DNA of 64,000 nt from Eukaryota sp. TZLM1-RC. Lineage: Eukaryota > Protista > Metamonada: BaSk clade. Positions 24,613-36,611 of this stretch are shown here, in pieces. The position numbers were made by a program, and so were the translations under genes. The notes under the pieces are model-generated. The model saw only the letters and a program-made list of their open reading frames with translations, ran no database searches and was not told the origin of the DNA. The DNA is taken from assembly GCA_040285825.1 (NCBI GenBank), contig JAUPSS010000004.1, forward strand, positions 1,716,550 to 1,780,549, in the 5' to 3' direction. How positions within the stretch are numbered: the first letter of the stretch is position 1; each line of letters opens with the position of its first letter.

Positions 24613-25536
24613 ATGTTTGGTAAATTGTCAGCTTGGTTCAGCAAAGATATTGACAACGATCAGAACAACGTTGTTCCAGATACCTCCAACAGGTCTAATG
24701 TTTATGTAAAGAAAACTCGACATACACTCCTGGAACTATTAAAAGACCAATTTCCTCACATTCCTCCAAATGAGGTTGAGAAGGTCTACACAGAGTGTAG
24801 TTGTAATAGCCAAACTGCACAGACCATCCTTGCTAAGCGGCTACCAGCGAACCACGACGATGATGTCCGCGAGTTGAGGTCAATGTTTGCTAATGTTCCT
24901 CAGTCTTCCATTCTCCAAGTTTACACTGAAACAAATTTCAACTTGGAGAAGACTGTTAATCGATTGGAGCAACAACAACAACAACAACCCATCCCACAGC
25001 AATCCATTCCCAGTTTCGACATCACCCAGAACGAAGAATCAAAATCTGCAACGACTGGAGCTATTCACCCTGAACACACTACATCTTCCACAGACTTTGC
25101 GCAGAGTAACTCACAACAAGAACAACTTGAACCAGAACCTCAAGCTTCACCTTCTGATCTCTCTGATATGGATTTACCTGCTTTGGTCAAGTTGCACTCA
25201 GATCTTCATGCAACAGCTGCATGCTTAGGATCTCACCCCTCAGACCTTTCCGAGAAGGCAATTATGGATAGAATAAACGTTGAGAGAGGTATAAATTCCT
25301 CACTAGACACAATCAAAACAATTTTGAACAACAAATCCTTGGGTACTATTGACTACTCTAGTCCTCCTGAAGAAGAAGACTTTAAGACAATGTTTGAGTC
25401 ACTTCGAGGCAAAAGAGCTGTTGTTCAGTTGTATTTTGGTGAAGTTAATGTTGCACGTTTTGTAGAGTTACTCGAAAGTTTAAGAGTTCAGCATTTTGTA
25501 GATAGGACTTCCGCTACTGTTTATTGTGTTTGTTGA
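24613..25536 (+). CDS. tandem CUE-domain protein with possible C-terminal Smr-like domain (Cue2/N4BP2-like)
   Basis: LKDQFPHIP...TAQTIL and LRSMFANVP...NLEKTVNRL CUE motifs. The C-terminal alpha/beta domain is weakly Smr-like. Confidence 0.6.
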   Translation: MFGKLSAWFSKDIDNDQNNVVPDTSNRSNVYVKKTRHTLLELLKDQFPHIPPNEVEKVYTECSCNSQTAQTILAKRLPANHDDDVRELRSMFANVPQSSILQVYTETNFNLEKTVNRLEQQQQQQPIPQQSIPSFDITQNEESKSATTGAIHPEHTTSSTDFAQSNSQQEQLEPEPQASPSDLSDMDLPALVKLHSDLHATAACLGSHPSDLSEKAIMDRINVERGINSSLDTIKTILNNKSLGTIDYSSPPEEEDFKTMFESLRGKRAVVQLYFGEVNVARFVELLESLRVQHFVDRTSATVYCVC

Positions 25537-25817
25537 TTTGTAAATAATGGAATTTTTGATTGAAAGCAAGTTGTGAAAGCAAGTTGTGAAAGCATTGAAC
25601 ACAACACATAAAAAAGAACAATTTCCTACAAGGCAAACAGATGAACTAAATCTCACTTATGTTATACCTGTAGTCAAGGTGTTTGCAAGATTGTACTGAT
25701 TCTGTATGCTGATGCCGTCCATGTTGATTTCCTGTTGTTTACCGTGAATAATAGACAGTTATGTGGTGAAAAAGCTCAAATAAGTAGGAAAAAAACATTT
25801 ATACAAGAAACAACGCT

Positions 25818-27317
25818 TCAAAAAGAAGAGACTTCAGATAAAGCACTATCTAGAGCCTTAGACAGCTCTTTAAAGGTCACTACCACAGAATTATTATGCT
25901 CAACATCCTCTAAGAATATAGACTCCTTTGATTGGTGAAACAACTTGAATAAATTAAAATAGACATGTCCCCAATCAATATCGAGTTTTGGATTGTCAAA
26001 CAGAAAATCCCAGAAGAGTTTCAAGACATAACATTGGGGATTGCAATAAGTTTGAGACTCGCTTACACAGAAATTTAGCTTAGTTAGAGTCTGTAAAATG
26101 TGAATATTGGCAAGCTCAACAGATAAATAGTCTCCAAGTAAAGTTTCTTGATTGATTGACTTAATTGTGAAATCTAAAAGAAAATTTTTAACAAGTGGAT
26201 CGCCCAAAACATCATCAATGTTACCAGTCTTCATTAACAGAGTAACTAGATTTGCTAAAAGGACTGATCCTTTAGTTTTAATTGAATCTAGGAAATCCAA
26301 AGGGTTTTCTTCCAATGAAAATTTAATTCCGAGACATTCAATAACTAAAAAAGCTATTTGTTCAAAATCAGACCTCTGTATTAAACCTAGGACTTCAGCC
26401 ACCCCAATGGAGTGAATTACTACCTTGTGACCATCAGTAAGAATCCTTGAAGAATCAACCAACCCTATCGACTTTCCTTTCTGATGAACTAATCTGCAAG
26501 CTAATAAAAGATTGATAACAATATCGAAAATTTGTGATTCTAATAATATTTTCTTATTCTCAATCATTTTTTTGAGAGAGAAACCATTTGAGTACGCATG
26601 GATGAACAAAACTTCCTTCGTATCACCATCAACATCATGACAAAGACAGTCAATAGGTGCTGCTAGTAATGATTGTTGGGATGAACAAAGAAAACTGAAC
26701 TGATGAAACAAATTGACATCAACATCAGTATCCACACTCAACAAGAATCTGCGACAGACAAGAGGCTTACCATTGGACTGACAAATGAACTTATAGATTA
26801 AACTATCCGAAATAGGAGACTTTGGAAAGGATAAATGTACAGGTAATGGTGCCCAATCATGAGAATAACCAAAATGTGGAATCAAAAACATCTTCAATGA
26901 CTCAACAACGGCTGAGGGAGGGGAGCTTGATGCCAGTTGTCTATTTTGTTCAACCAATGCTGATCTCAATGAACTTGGGACAGTGAAGTGCCTCACAGTG
27001 GATGATAGATAGCTTAAACATGTCGATCTTGGAGGTTTTTCAACAGTGGGCAGAGCCGAGCTGGGCCGTTTGGGGATGAATGGGGCCACATTAGTGTCTA
27101 GAGATGTGGAACGTGATCTGGACGGAGACGAAGGTACAGATTGAGATCTTCGAGGTGCGAGAACTGTGGGTACAGATCGGATGGCAGTCAAGACATCATG
27201 GTTGAATGAACAACTTGTTGTTCTACAATAACCATATGTTTCTATGTTTCTGCAAGGTATGAAATTTTTTTGAAGTCTTCGAAGTTTCTGTCGTGTTGGA
27301 GGGACAGTTTGGTGCAT
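25818..27317 (-). CDS. PAN3: PAN2-PAN3 deadenylase subunit PAN3
   Basis: N-terminal CCCH finger (CRNIETYGYC...CSFNH), PAM2-like VAPFIPK, a pseudokinase region, and C-terminal LKLFWDFLF...DWGHV...LFKL. Confidence 0.85.
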   Translation of the reverse strand: MHQTVPPTRQKLRRLQKNFIPCRNIETYGYCRTTSCSFNHDVLTAIRSVPTVLAPRRSQSVPSSPSRSRSTSLDTNVAPFIPKRPSSALPTVEKPPRSTCLSYLSSTVRHFTVPSSLRSALVEQNRQLASSSPPSAVVESLKMFLIPHFGYSHDWAPLPVHLSFPKSPISDSLIYKFICQSNGKPLVCRRFLLSVDTDVDVNLFHQFSFLCSSQQSLLAAPIDCLCHDVDGDTKEVLFIHAYSNGFSLKKMIENKKILLESQIFDIVINLLLACRLVHQKGKSIGLVDSSRILTDGHKVVIHSIGVAEVLGLIQRSDFEQIAFLVIECLGIKFSLEENPLDFLDSIKTKGSVLLANLVTLLMKTGNIDDVLGDPLVKNFLLDFTIKSINQETLLGDYLSVELANIHILQTLTKLNFCVSESQTYCNPQCYVLKLFWDFLFDNPKLDIDWGHVYFNLFKLFHQSKESIFLEDVEHNNSVVVTFKELSKALDSALSEVSSF

Positions 27318-27509
27318 AGTAAGGTGTTAACTACTGAAACTGAACAAGATATCCTCAACACTGGTTCATTTTGTGTCTAACTTATAAACGGATAGCAATC
27401 ATATGTGTATTGTCATCAACAAACCTGAGTGCCTGCAAACAAGAAGACCAATTTTAGTTAAATAATATGAATGGTTAAATCAAAGAAATAAATCTTAAAA
27501 TCAAATAAA

Positions 27510-28337
27510 CTATTTACCATTTGCAATGTCAATTTTCGCAAGTAATTGATAAGTAAAATCTATTGAACAACTAAAAGTAATTACAGACCTATCCAAAGAG
27601 GAAGTGAGGACCTCATTTCCTAATAGATTCCATTTAATGTCAACAACTTTATCCCCGTGGCTAGCTGGATTATTGACGATTTCCATATAATTAGTTGTAA
27701 AGTTAACCAAGCAAAAATAGACTGATCCATTTTCTAAACCCACACAAACATTTCCCTTTTCACCTTGATCATCGCTTCTTACCAAGGGAGACCCAGACAT
27801 TGATGAAATATTGTTAGGAAGGTCTATAATATGAAGTTGAGAAAGTGTGCCCGAAGAAGATTCACCAAGCAAATGTAATTGGGGTCCACAAGATACCAAT
27901 GCAAAGTTGTTGTGAAGAGGGGAGATCGCAGAAACAGGAGTCCTAAACTCGATTTCGTCCAGCAACGACCACTGAACATCAATGCCAAATACCAATAGAG
28001 TGTGATCAGTGGAGATGAAAAGTTTGAAAGAATCAGGAGCAAAATGAAGACAGAGACCAGGTCCTGGGATTTCGAGAGATACTACAAAAGTTCCATCAAT
28101 TTTGTATAACAGAACTTCATGAGAAGTAGAGGGAATAATTGCCACAAGAGAACCGTATTCAGGTGGAGACAGCGCTATGGAGCTGATTGAACTGTCTGAA
28201 TAAGCTATGAAAGACGACTGATAGACATAACGATCGAGTTGTAAAGAAAAAACATGAACATTGCCCTCAATGTCAGCCACAACAGATCTATCACCACAAG
28301 AAGATGTACATGAAATCGAAATTGAAGGTAGAGACAT
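27510..28337 (-). CDS. WD40 protein, Seh1/Sec13-like
   Basis: PPEYGSLVA (compare HPEFG), and WNLLGNEVLTSSLD. Confidence 0.65.
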   Translation of the reverse strand: MSLPSISISCTSSCGDRSVVADIEGNVHVFSLQLDRYVYQSSFIAYSDSSISSIALSPPEYGSLVAIIPSTSHEVLLYKIDGTFVVSLEIPGPGLCLHFAPDSFKLFISTDHTLLVFGIDVQWSLLDEIEFRTPVSAISPLHNNFALVSCGPQLHLLGESSSGTLSQLHIIDLPNNISSMSGSPLVRSDDQGEKGNVCVGLENGSVYFCLVNFTTNYMEIVNNPASHGDKVVDIKWNLLGNEVLTSSLDRSVITFSCSIDFTYQLLAKIDIANGK

Positions 28338-28428
28338 CAAGATTTTTTCAGAATTTTTGGATGTCTATAAAAATATTTATTGAATTTGCACAATTGATCA
28401 AATTAACTCATAACTAATGGGACGACTA

Positions 28429-29045
28429 TCATTGAACCAAGATTTCCTCTACAAAATCTTGATCTGCTTGCTGTCTAGCTAAAGCTTCTCTAATTCGATT
28501 GAAAAACCGAGGTAATCTATTAATAATGGCAAATTGAATCCGTGAACGCCATAACAAAATATCAAATCTTTTCATTGTTTTTTCTTGAACCATTATTGGG
28601 AAGTCATTCAAAAAAGTTTCTGCTTCATCTGATAATCTTCCATTTATCGAAAATGGGAAAGCAATAAAAACCAACTGTGTATTTCTATCAGCATTAGCCT
28701 CTTCAATATCTTTATCATATTTTCTATGTTTTTCTTTTGCTTTAAAATCAAGAGCACTCACAGGATTTAATTTTCTTCTGTGAACCAAAGTATCATTTGC
28801 AACATTATATGAGACAAAGTCAACAATCGCTTCAGAATTATCAATCCAATCACAGTATACATCACCTCTATTATCAGAACCAAAATTATTCAGAGAAAGT
28901 GTTTCCTTCAGCAGAGGCTCTTTGATACATGATATTCTTGCAGTTTGTGCCATATTGAAAACAATGTCTCTATCAGCATCATGTAATGAAGAACGATAAG
29001 TTATCAATTTAGAACAATTGAGAGCATGGCGCAAAGTGAGTTGAT
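28429..29045 (-). mobile_element. non-LTR retrotransposon 3' fragment (family B, RLE)
   Basis: HALNC...HD, RGDV...VDF, K..KY, FPFSINGRL. Confidence 0.85.
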
Positions 29046-29629
29046 GTCTATTCAATACTTTTTTTAATATATTTTTATTTATTCCAACAAAAACTCCAAT
29101 ACTTGAGCTGAATTGTCCAAAATCTTCAAAACTTTCAATTTCCAATTTTTTCATGTTTAAATTTTTTCAAATCCATACAAATTCGCTATGCAATTCCTAT
29201 GTTTAGAGAATGTACAGGCCTTAAGTATACCACACACACTGCTTGTTAAATGTCCGTCTGCTGAACTGTTCTTGTTAGCTATAGTGCTCTTATCACATTC
29301 AACCACTTTCAGAACACAAAGGTTATGTAAATTCACAAACAATGCTGTATTGGTGTTTTTGATTTGGAAATAAATATTTTAGATTTGAGAACTGAGATTT
29401 GCGAATCCAGAAATTTATGTTTGTCAATACAAAACTACCACTGATTTCAAGACTATTGACTGACTCGTATATCAAAACCAAATTCTTCAGACATAATCGA
29501 ATGTTATCATAGCCATTTTCACTGTTATCCATCCGCTCTTTGATAAATATACAGCTTTATACATTATTTGATTGGATGATCAAAGATTTTGTAGAGCAAA
29601 TCTTGGTTCAATGATAGTCGTCCAATTAG

Positions 29630-31270
29630 TTAAAGCAAAGAAAAAAACAAAAGGACATAAATTATATTGGGCATGAGAATTTTCATTAACTGGGGAAATG
29701 GGTTTCGCAGATTTAGCAATTTTGCATTTTTCTCCTGCAAGAAGAGCATTATTTACATCCGAGTTAATGAGATGTTCGTTAGAAGATTTACAAGGGTCAG
29801 GTCAATAGACATGGCGTTTAAAATAGTAAAACTACCATTTAAACCGGGAACAACTAGATCACCTCTTGTCCGACCCATAAAAAGCTCTGTTGTAACGCGT
29901 ACCATCAATTTTGGGGTCATCAAGAATTAATTTTTATAACAACGGCTCTAAAACGAAATCTACTCGATATGATTTGCACATTACAGAAATATGGTCCCTG
30001 ACATTATTATGCACTTTGCTTCTAAATGTAATGAATTGTTTACAGTTCAAAAGATGAGTAAACAAAAGAGGTTTGCCACATTCACAAGTTAAATGATGCG
30101 GCAAATTGTTTGGCCACAGAAAACAACGAAAACGCATGTCAAAAGCCATTCAATGTTTTCTAAAAGAAGTCCATTAACAGATGGAATTTGATTAACTAAA
30201 GATGCAGTAGAACTATTACGAATATCCTTTAAAAAATTACCGAAAGCGGGATTTTCAGTTTTGGCCAAGCCAAGTCTTATTTCATGAACCAAGATTTCAT
30301 ATAATTTAACCAGATGGAGTTGATGCTTTTTCAGGCAAAAACATAAATTTAGGAGTGATCGGTTGGGAAATTCTTGAACATTCTGAGGAAAACACTAAAG
30401 CCAGATATCACTGGGCAAATGATCTAATTCAAATTGAAATTGATTTAAATAAGAATTTGATTCACCATGGATCAAATGAACATCATAAGGAAACCTTTGG
30501 AAAAATTCAAAAATAAAATTTGTTCCACCTCCTAAAAATACTGCTTTACACAAAAAAAATGAAAATTTAGTGAAACTAATTCCACCCAAATCAGCGGAAC
30601 AAAAAACATGACTTCGAATAAAAGATTCATTTACTTCCAATAAAGAGGAAAACAATTTGACCCGAAGTTTGTTGAAAGATCTACAAAAATCAAGAGATAC
30701 TGAAGGAGAAGTTGACCTTGATATATGAGTGAATTTTCCAGAATAACAAATTGTTTTAAAAAAATTGATGTGTTTTTCAATATCACATTCAGCAATAAAA
30801 CTAAGATCCATGTCAAAATTCTTTCAACTAGGAATAAATTTCATCCAAATTACCTAACGAACATTAAAGAAATTTGAACGCTGGTTGTTCATAATAGATA
30901 AAGGGAATTTAAGCACCATCAATCAATAAAAATTGTTTTGTTCTTCCAATCAAGAGACATTGAGCTGGATTCAAGGTTAATGCAATGTCTTTGTATTTCG
31001 CAGCAATGCTTTCAGAAACGCTACAAATGCTTTCATAAGAACCGATAATAGAAATGTCATCCATGTAAGCAACAATACGTAATTCAGGGATTTCTTTCTG
31101 GGCCATTTCAATAGTATTATGGATGGCCAAACAAAAAAGCAATAGACAAAGAGGATCACCTTGTTTGACACCAGAAGAAGATTCAAGAGTAATGGTGTCA
31201 AAAATTAAGTCCGACTTTTTTCCATAAAATAAGTAAAAATAAGCTGAAAGTTCTGGAAATTCTTGAAGAA
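29630..31270 (-). mobile_element. non-LTR retrotransposon RT-RLE fragment (family C), frameshifted
   Basis: GVKQGDPL, YMDD, CEC...HLLNC, RGDLVVPG. Similar to 47020-48043. Confidence 0.85.
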
Positions 31271-31490
31271 AGACATCGTCATTGCAGTTACACTTTTCTG
31301 AATTAAACACTAATTAAATATTAGTTATTGCTTTTTTTGATAAAACTTTTGGAACAAGTTTGTCTTTAAAGTGACGGTGATAGAATTCCAACAATGGCGC
31401 AAAACGAGAAATTTGCAAAGCTGTTTTTGTCTTTGCGTTAAGGGAACTTTTTGGACTGTAATTTTATAGAAATGAAATTCTGTCTAGTAT

Positions 31491-32872
31491 TCAATATTTT
31501 CCAAACAAGCAAAACCTACTTACAGCATTTCGTTCATATTCTATACCAATAGCCAAAAGTGCCTTAGAAATCATTGTGGGAATAGACTTGAAAATGCAAA
31601 AAACAATTCTATTTAACCAGAAAGTGGAATTCATTTTTTTACCAGACCTATTCAGTAAAATTTTTTTGAAGTATTCAAAAAAGTGTAACCCTGAAGGTCC
31701 AATATTGCCAAAAAGAGAAACTGCAAACGGTACAAACAGATATTTCACATGTTCAACTCTACCCGATTGTGCCAATGGTTCTTCATATTTTTTTATTTTC
31801 TTTTTTCGGTGTTAGATAGCGGCGAATCAGCGGAATACACCACACGAGCAGCAGTATTTTTGCAGACATCTACTGAGACAACATCCACAACATCGAGAAC
31901 ATCATCGGTCCCTGGAGCTACTAAATCTCCCCTTCTTTTACCAAAGGAATCATCAGTTTGATCTGGAGATACACCGCCAGAGGTAATTAGTGTCATTGAG
32001 ACTAATTCAGTATTCAAGATTTGAGGCTACTTAGACATTATTGGTTTCACTGAGACTAATTCTGTACTGAGACTAAATTTGTCTGAAAACTTTATGGATC
32101 AATTATTCTATAATATAACACTCATGGTCATCAAAAGCTTCTAAAGCGAGTATCTCTTCTTGAGACACCAAATCTACAGATTCTTCCTCTGATGATGTAT
32201 GCGCATCTTCCTCAAATTCTCCATTGTCTTCAACATCACTCAATTCATGCCATAAATCTGCGTCATAATTTGCTGGTCTTTCACCATCGAAATCATCCAA
32301 ATTATCTGGATCCCAGAGTTTTCCCATTGTCAAGGTTAATTCGAAAGTGGGTTTCATCGAAATTGCAAACCAGACTGTCATCAAATCCTTCTGCAAACAT
32401 TCTCGAAACATTTCCTAAATGAAAGGTAACTGACCTTTCAATCTCTTCTTGTTCAGTACTTTTGACAGACAATGTTGTTCATTTGAGGTAGATAATGGGT
32501 TTGGGGAAGTTCAATTGCTAATAAACACAAACAGGATATTTTATTCATAATGAGTGCTCAAAAAGTATCACCCATTTGTTTCTTAAGACAAAATTAGTCT
32601 CAGAAATGGATTTTCCAATGATGTCAGGACATGATTACCTCCGCCGGTGTAGCTTACGAGCTAAAGGTTCAATAAATGCCTCTATATTTTAACTTATGCA
32701 CATGGCATATAATTGATCACGAACTGAGTCATGAACAATTGAGCGATAAGTTATAAAATATTTGCCGTTTGGAATATGGGAAAGCGTAACGCACTCTTGC
32801 AGCGACAAATTGAATCATTTGGTAACAAAAAAGGCCATAAGAAACATCTCATTCTCATTGCAGTGGTCCATT
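31491..32872 (-). mobile_element. non-LTR retrotransposon 3' fragment (same family as 13594-15895), interrupted by a DNA transposon
   Basis: High DNA similarity to 13594-14345 on both sides of the 31972-32649 insertion. Confidence 0.85.
31972..32649. mobile_element. non-autonomous Tc1/mariner-type DNA transposon (678 bp)
   Basis: TA target duplication (31970-71 and 32650-51). TIRs CACCGCCAGAGGTAAT and CACCGGCGGAGGTAAT (14/16). Subterminal TGAGACTAA repeats. The empty site is visible near 14115-14130. Confidence 0.85.
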
Positions 32873-33011
32873 CTCAGTGTAGGGGTTTTTCCTCGTCACT
32901 TTGGGACGTGATCACAAGAAAAGCGTCACGGAAATAATTGCGTTTCAATTTTTGCTAAAATACTATTAGAGTTTAAGTCAAAAAGTTGCAAATAATAACC
33001 TGAAATGAATT

Positions 33012-33356
33012 CTAAACCAACAATAAAATTTCCTGGCCCCCAATTACTGTTCCATCGATCACATCAATCATTTTCGGATCTCTGATGACATTATGAAGAA
33101 TGCCCCCATAACCATCATAAGGTTTATGTTTAACAGTTTCCATGAATTGGCCATTGTTAATGAATTCAAATAATTTCATCGTTAAATCTGTATTCCTTAA
33201 ACAATAAACTGCAACTGCAGTTCGTCTTTGGGTTGAGAAACAATGTGAAAAGGAATCATCTTCATGAACCTTCCGATACTTTACAATATACTGAGGACCA
33301 ATGTCAATTTTACTTTCACCTAATAATATTTTAGAAACTGTTTTTGATTTGCGTGG
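33012..33356 (-). pseudogene. fragment: PolB-type exonuclease ExoIII running in frame into a Fanzor-like N-terminus
   Basis: Manual translation (not in the ORF track): KTVSKILLGESKIDI...TQRRTAVAVYCLRNTDLTMKLF...ETVK...ILHNVIRDPKMIDVIDGTVI. Confidence 0.65.
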
Positions 33357-33396
33357 TCAATAATTTGTGTACAACATTCCGACCTTGATCCTTTAA

Positions 33397-33506
33397 CACA
33401 GACGTTCTAGAATCCTTGAGTAATTGGCCACCAATCTCACTGAGCCCATTTCTCATCTGAAACAATACGTAGGTTTAAAGCTAGTTTTTTGTGGTTTCGG
33501 GAACGC
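33397..33506 (-). ncRNA. detached copy of the Fz-1 right end / candidate omegaRNA scaffold
   Basis: Its reverse complement aligns with 20633-20742 and ends at the same TCTAGAACGTCTGTG. Confidence 0.6.
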
Positions 33507-33879
33507 CATTATTTCAATTGTATCAATAATTTTTATATTGTTAGTTATTAATCACGAACCAGCTGATCTTCAACAATAACATATAAACCTAAGACTAAGG
33601 CCATGTGAAGAAGGGGGAAGCAAGATAAGCTCTTTTAAACCCTTGATTTATTTTTGAATAATAGATAACATTTGTGTTTCTTAGCTTGACAGAAAATAAA
33701 CTGTTTTAGTCACTAAAAACCCAAATAAATAAATATATATAAAACCCCCGAAAACTATACAAATTAAATCGAATTTCCACTTTTGTGTTCCATTTTCATT
33801 TCCATTTCTACTTTTGAAAACAATTTCGTCCAAAATGTGGAAATGGAAAATCTGCAATGTCATCTCTTATCATTCATAT

Positions 33880-34902
33880 ATGAAGTGTCTGCCCTTATGC
33901 TTTATTCTAGTTAGCCTGTGTTTCGCTGGTTCTCAGGCACTCAACCACTCTACTATTTCGCTCAAGTCCATATCATCCTCATCTCATGTAACTGTGTCAG
34001 GCCTCTCTGCAGGAGCTTTCATGTCGACTCAATTTCATGTTGCCTACTCCAAAACAATTAAAGGTATGGGATCATTCTCTGGAGGACCATATTTCTGCTC
34101 TAATAGCAATGTTGTCACAGCTACAACATCCTGTATGACTAGTCCCTATCTGATCTCCGTAACCGAACTCATCGGTGCGACCACTTATGCCAGAACATTG
34201 TTGTCCATTGATTCCACATCCAACCTGAAGTCTGCTAAGGTTTACATTTACTCTCCCAAGGACGATTCTACTGTTGTCCAGGGAGTATCGAAAAAGCTCC
34301 ACACCTATTATGAACATTATGTAGGCAAGAACAACATCAAGACAGTGTTTGGTAATCGTGGAGAACACGCCTTCCCGACAGACAACTATGGGTCCTCTTG
34401 TCTCTTGAATCAATCTCCATACATTAATAATTGTGACTATGATGGTGCCAAAGACGTTCTTCAATGGTTAATCGGTGGATTACCCTCCAGTAGAGCTGAA
34501 TTCAATGATTCGAATCTATATTATTTCAGCCAGTCTTCGTTCATGCCTGGAGGAGTTTCAACTGCCTCTCTGTCTTTTGCACCAAATGGAATGGTTTACG
34601 TCCCGTCTCAATGTAAGAACAATAAGAAATGTAAACTACATGTCGTTTTCCATGGTTGTCATCAAGGAATGACTGAATTGGGAGAAACATTTGTCCGACA
34701 CACTGGGTACTGTCAATGGGGGGAAGCTGCTGGAATAATTCTGTTATTCCCACAAATTCAAAAGTCCAGTGTAGTTCCCTATAATCCAAAGGGCTGTTGG
34801 GATTGGTTTGGCTACACTGGCCCCTCTTTTGCTTGTAAATTAGGACCCCAAATGCAGGCTGTCAGAAGCATGGTTGAATCTATTACCGGAAATAGAATGT
34901 AG
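33880..34902 (+). CDS. secreted poly(3-hydroxybutyrate) depolymerase-like esterase
   Basis: Signal peptide, VSGLSAGAFM nucleophile elbow, EHAFPTD, LHVVFHGC, NPKGCWDWFGY. Confidence 0.85.
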   Translation: MKCLPLCFILVSLCFAGSQALNHSTISLKSISSSSHVTVSGLSAGAFMSTQFHVAYSKTIKGMGSFSGGPYFCSNSNVVTATTSCMTSPYLISVTELIGATTYARTLLSIDSTSNLKSAKVYIYSPKDDSTVVQGVSKKLHTYYEHYVGKNNIKTVFGNRGEHAFPTDNYGSSCLLNQSPYINNCDYDGAKDVLQWLIGGLPSSRAEFNDSNLYYFSQSSFMPGGVSTASLSFAPNGMVYVPSQCKNNKKCKLHVVFHGCHQGMTELGETFVRHTGYCQWGEAAGIILLFPQIQKSSVVPYNPKGCWDWFGYTGPSFACKLGPQMQAVRSMVESITGNRM

Positions 34903-34993
34903 TTTGTGTATAGAACAAGTTATTAAAGTTGTTTCAAAAATAGTCTACACCACAAGCACCTGAAAAGCAGAATTTTTATTAATATCAAATCCT

Positions 34994-36525
34994 TCAAGAG
35001 TACCACTCAGTATGGAAATTTTCTTCAGTGTTTTTGTCAAGACGTTTGTATGTATGGGCACCAAAGAGATCTCGTAACCCTTGAATGAAATTGGCTGGTA
35101 AATTTTCAGTGTGCATAGCTTCATAATACGTGAGGATAGATGATAAAGCAGGAAGAGGGATACCAGATAGCTGAAATGAGAAACTGTATGAAAACATACA
35201 ACAGCATTGGGGACAATCCTACGGAGATAAGGTACACCCTCAGAAATTAATTCGTTAATCCTATTATCAAGGAGAAGATGGGAAATTGAAGGATTGCGGG
35301 TATATGCATCAGTGAGTTCTTGTAGAAGAAACTCTGAACGGATAATACAACCATTTCTCCAAACAGCTGCCACTTGAGTCATGTCTGTACCATAGCCTGA
35401 CTCTTTGCAGACTTCGGCGAGCATATCCATGCCTTGAACATAACAGCATAAAAACGACGTTAGCAGTGCCTTTTCCAGCATAGGTACTAAAACTTCTGGG
35501 GACATTCTTTCAACAGGTGTTTCAACTCTTTTTGAAGCTAATTTGGTGCGAACATCTTTAAATGAACTGACAGAGCGTGTGGAGGTGGCAATGTTGATTG
35601 TTGGGATCGGATAGCCTGCATCAAAGCCTATTTGCGAAGTCCAAGCACCTGTTCCCTTAGCTCCTGCTTTATCAAGAATGATATCAACAACATTTTTTGT
35701 AGGTATGTCGTCAAGTTTCTTTTTTAAAACTACAACAGAAATTTCTACTAAATATGATTTTAAGGGCCCTTCATTCCACTTTTGGAAGACATCAGATATT
35801 TTGTCAGCAGACATATTTGCAATCTTACGCATAAGATCTGTGATAAATATTCAAAATAATCAAACCATAAGCCTCAGCAAGTAGTTGTAATAAGCCGTAT
35901 TCAATTCCATTGTGTACGGTTTTAACCAAATGTCCAGATCCTTTAGGTCCAAAATGACCAACACATGGCCTTTGATCTTGAGGAGCATTTGCAGCTATCG
36001 CTTCTAGTATGGGTTTAAGACTTTTCCATGCTTCAACTGAACATCCTGCCATGAGAGAAGGACCGTACAGTGCACCAAGTTCACCTCCACTTATGCCGAG
36101 TCCTACAAAGTGGATACCGAGAGGTTGGAGTAAATTAAAGCGCCGATCACTGTCCTTGTAGAATGAGTTTCCACCATCAATGACAATGTCTCCATTCTCT
36201 ATCAAAGGAAGGAGTTTATCGATAAAAGAATCGACAGCATTACCAGCTTTCACCATTAGTAGAATCTTTCGAGGGCGTTCTAAGCTAGAAACAAACTGCT
36301 CAAGGGTTTTGGCAAAGACAATGTTTTTGTCCCCATGAGATGTTTCAAAGGCTGAAGTCAGAGTACAAGATCGACTAACCTTCTGTTTTTGAAGTAGTGC
36401 GATTGAATACAGAGGTTTTGAAACCGTTTCGTTCAACATTCAAGGCAAGATTCATGCCCATTGTCTATTGTGAATGCATGATTATCAAAACATACAGCTA
36501 AGCCTATAACACCAAATTGTGACAT
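34994..36525 (-). CDS. PGD: 6-phosphogluconate dehydrogenase, 5 exons
   Basis: GVIGLATMGMNLA, DGGNS, SGGELGA, KTVHNGIEYG, KGTG, WRNGCIIRS, RDLFGAH. GT-AG introns at 36465-36495, 36352-36379, 35838-35865 and 35171-35199. Confidence 0.95.
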
Positions 36526-36611
36526 TGAAGTAAGTAGTATTTTTAGAATTACAAAGAATGGAAATCGACATTTTAGATTTTGATACAGCTACAATAACTT
36601 CCTTTCTGGGA

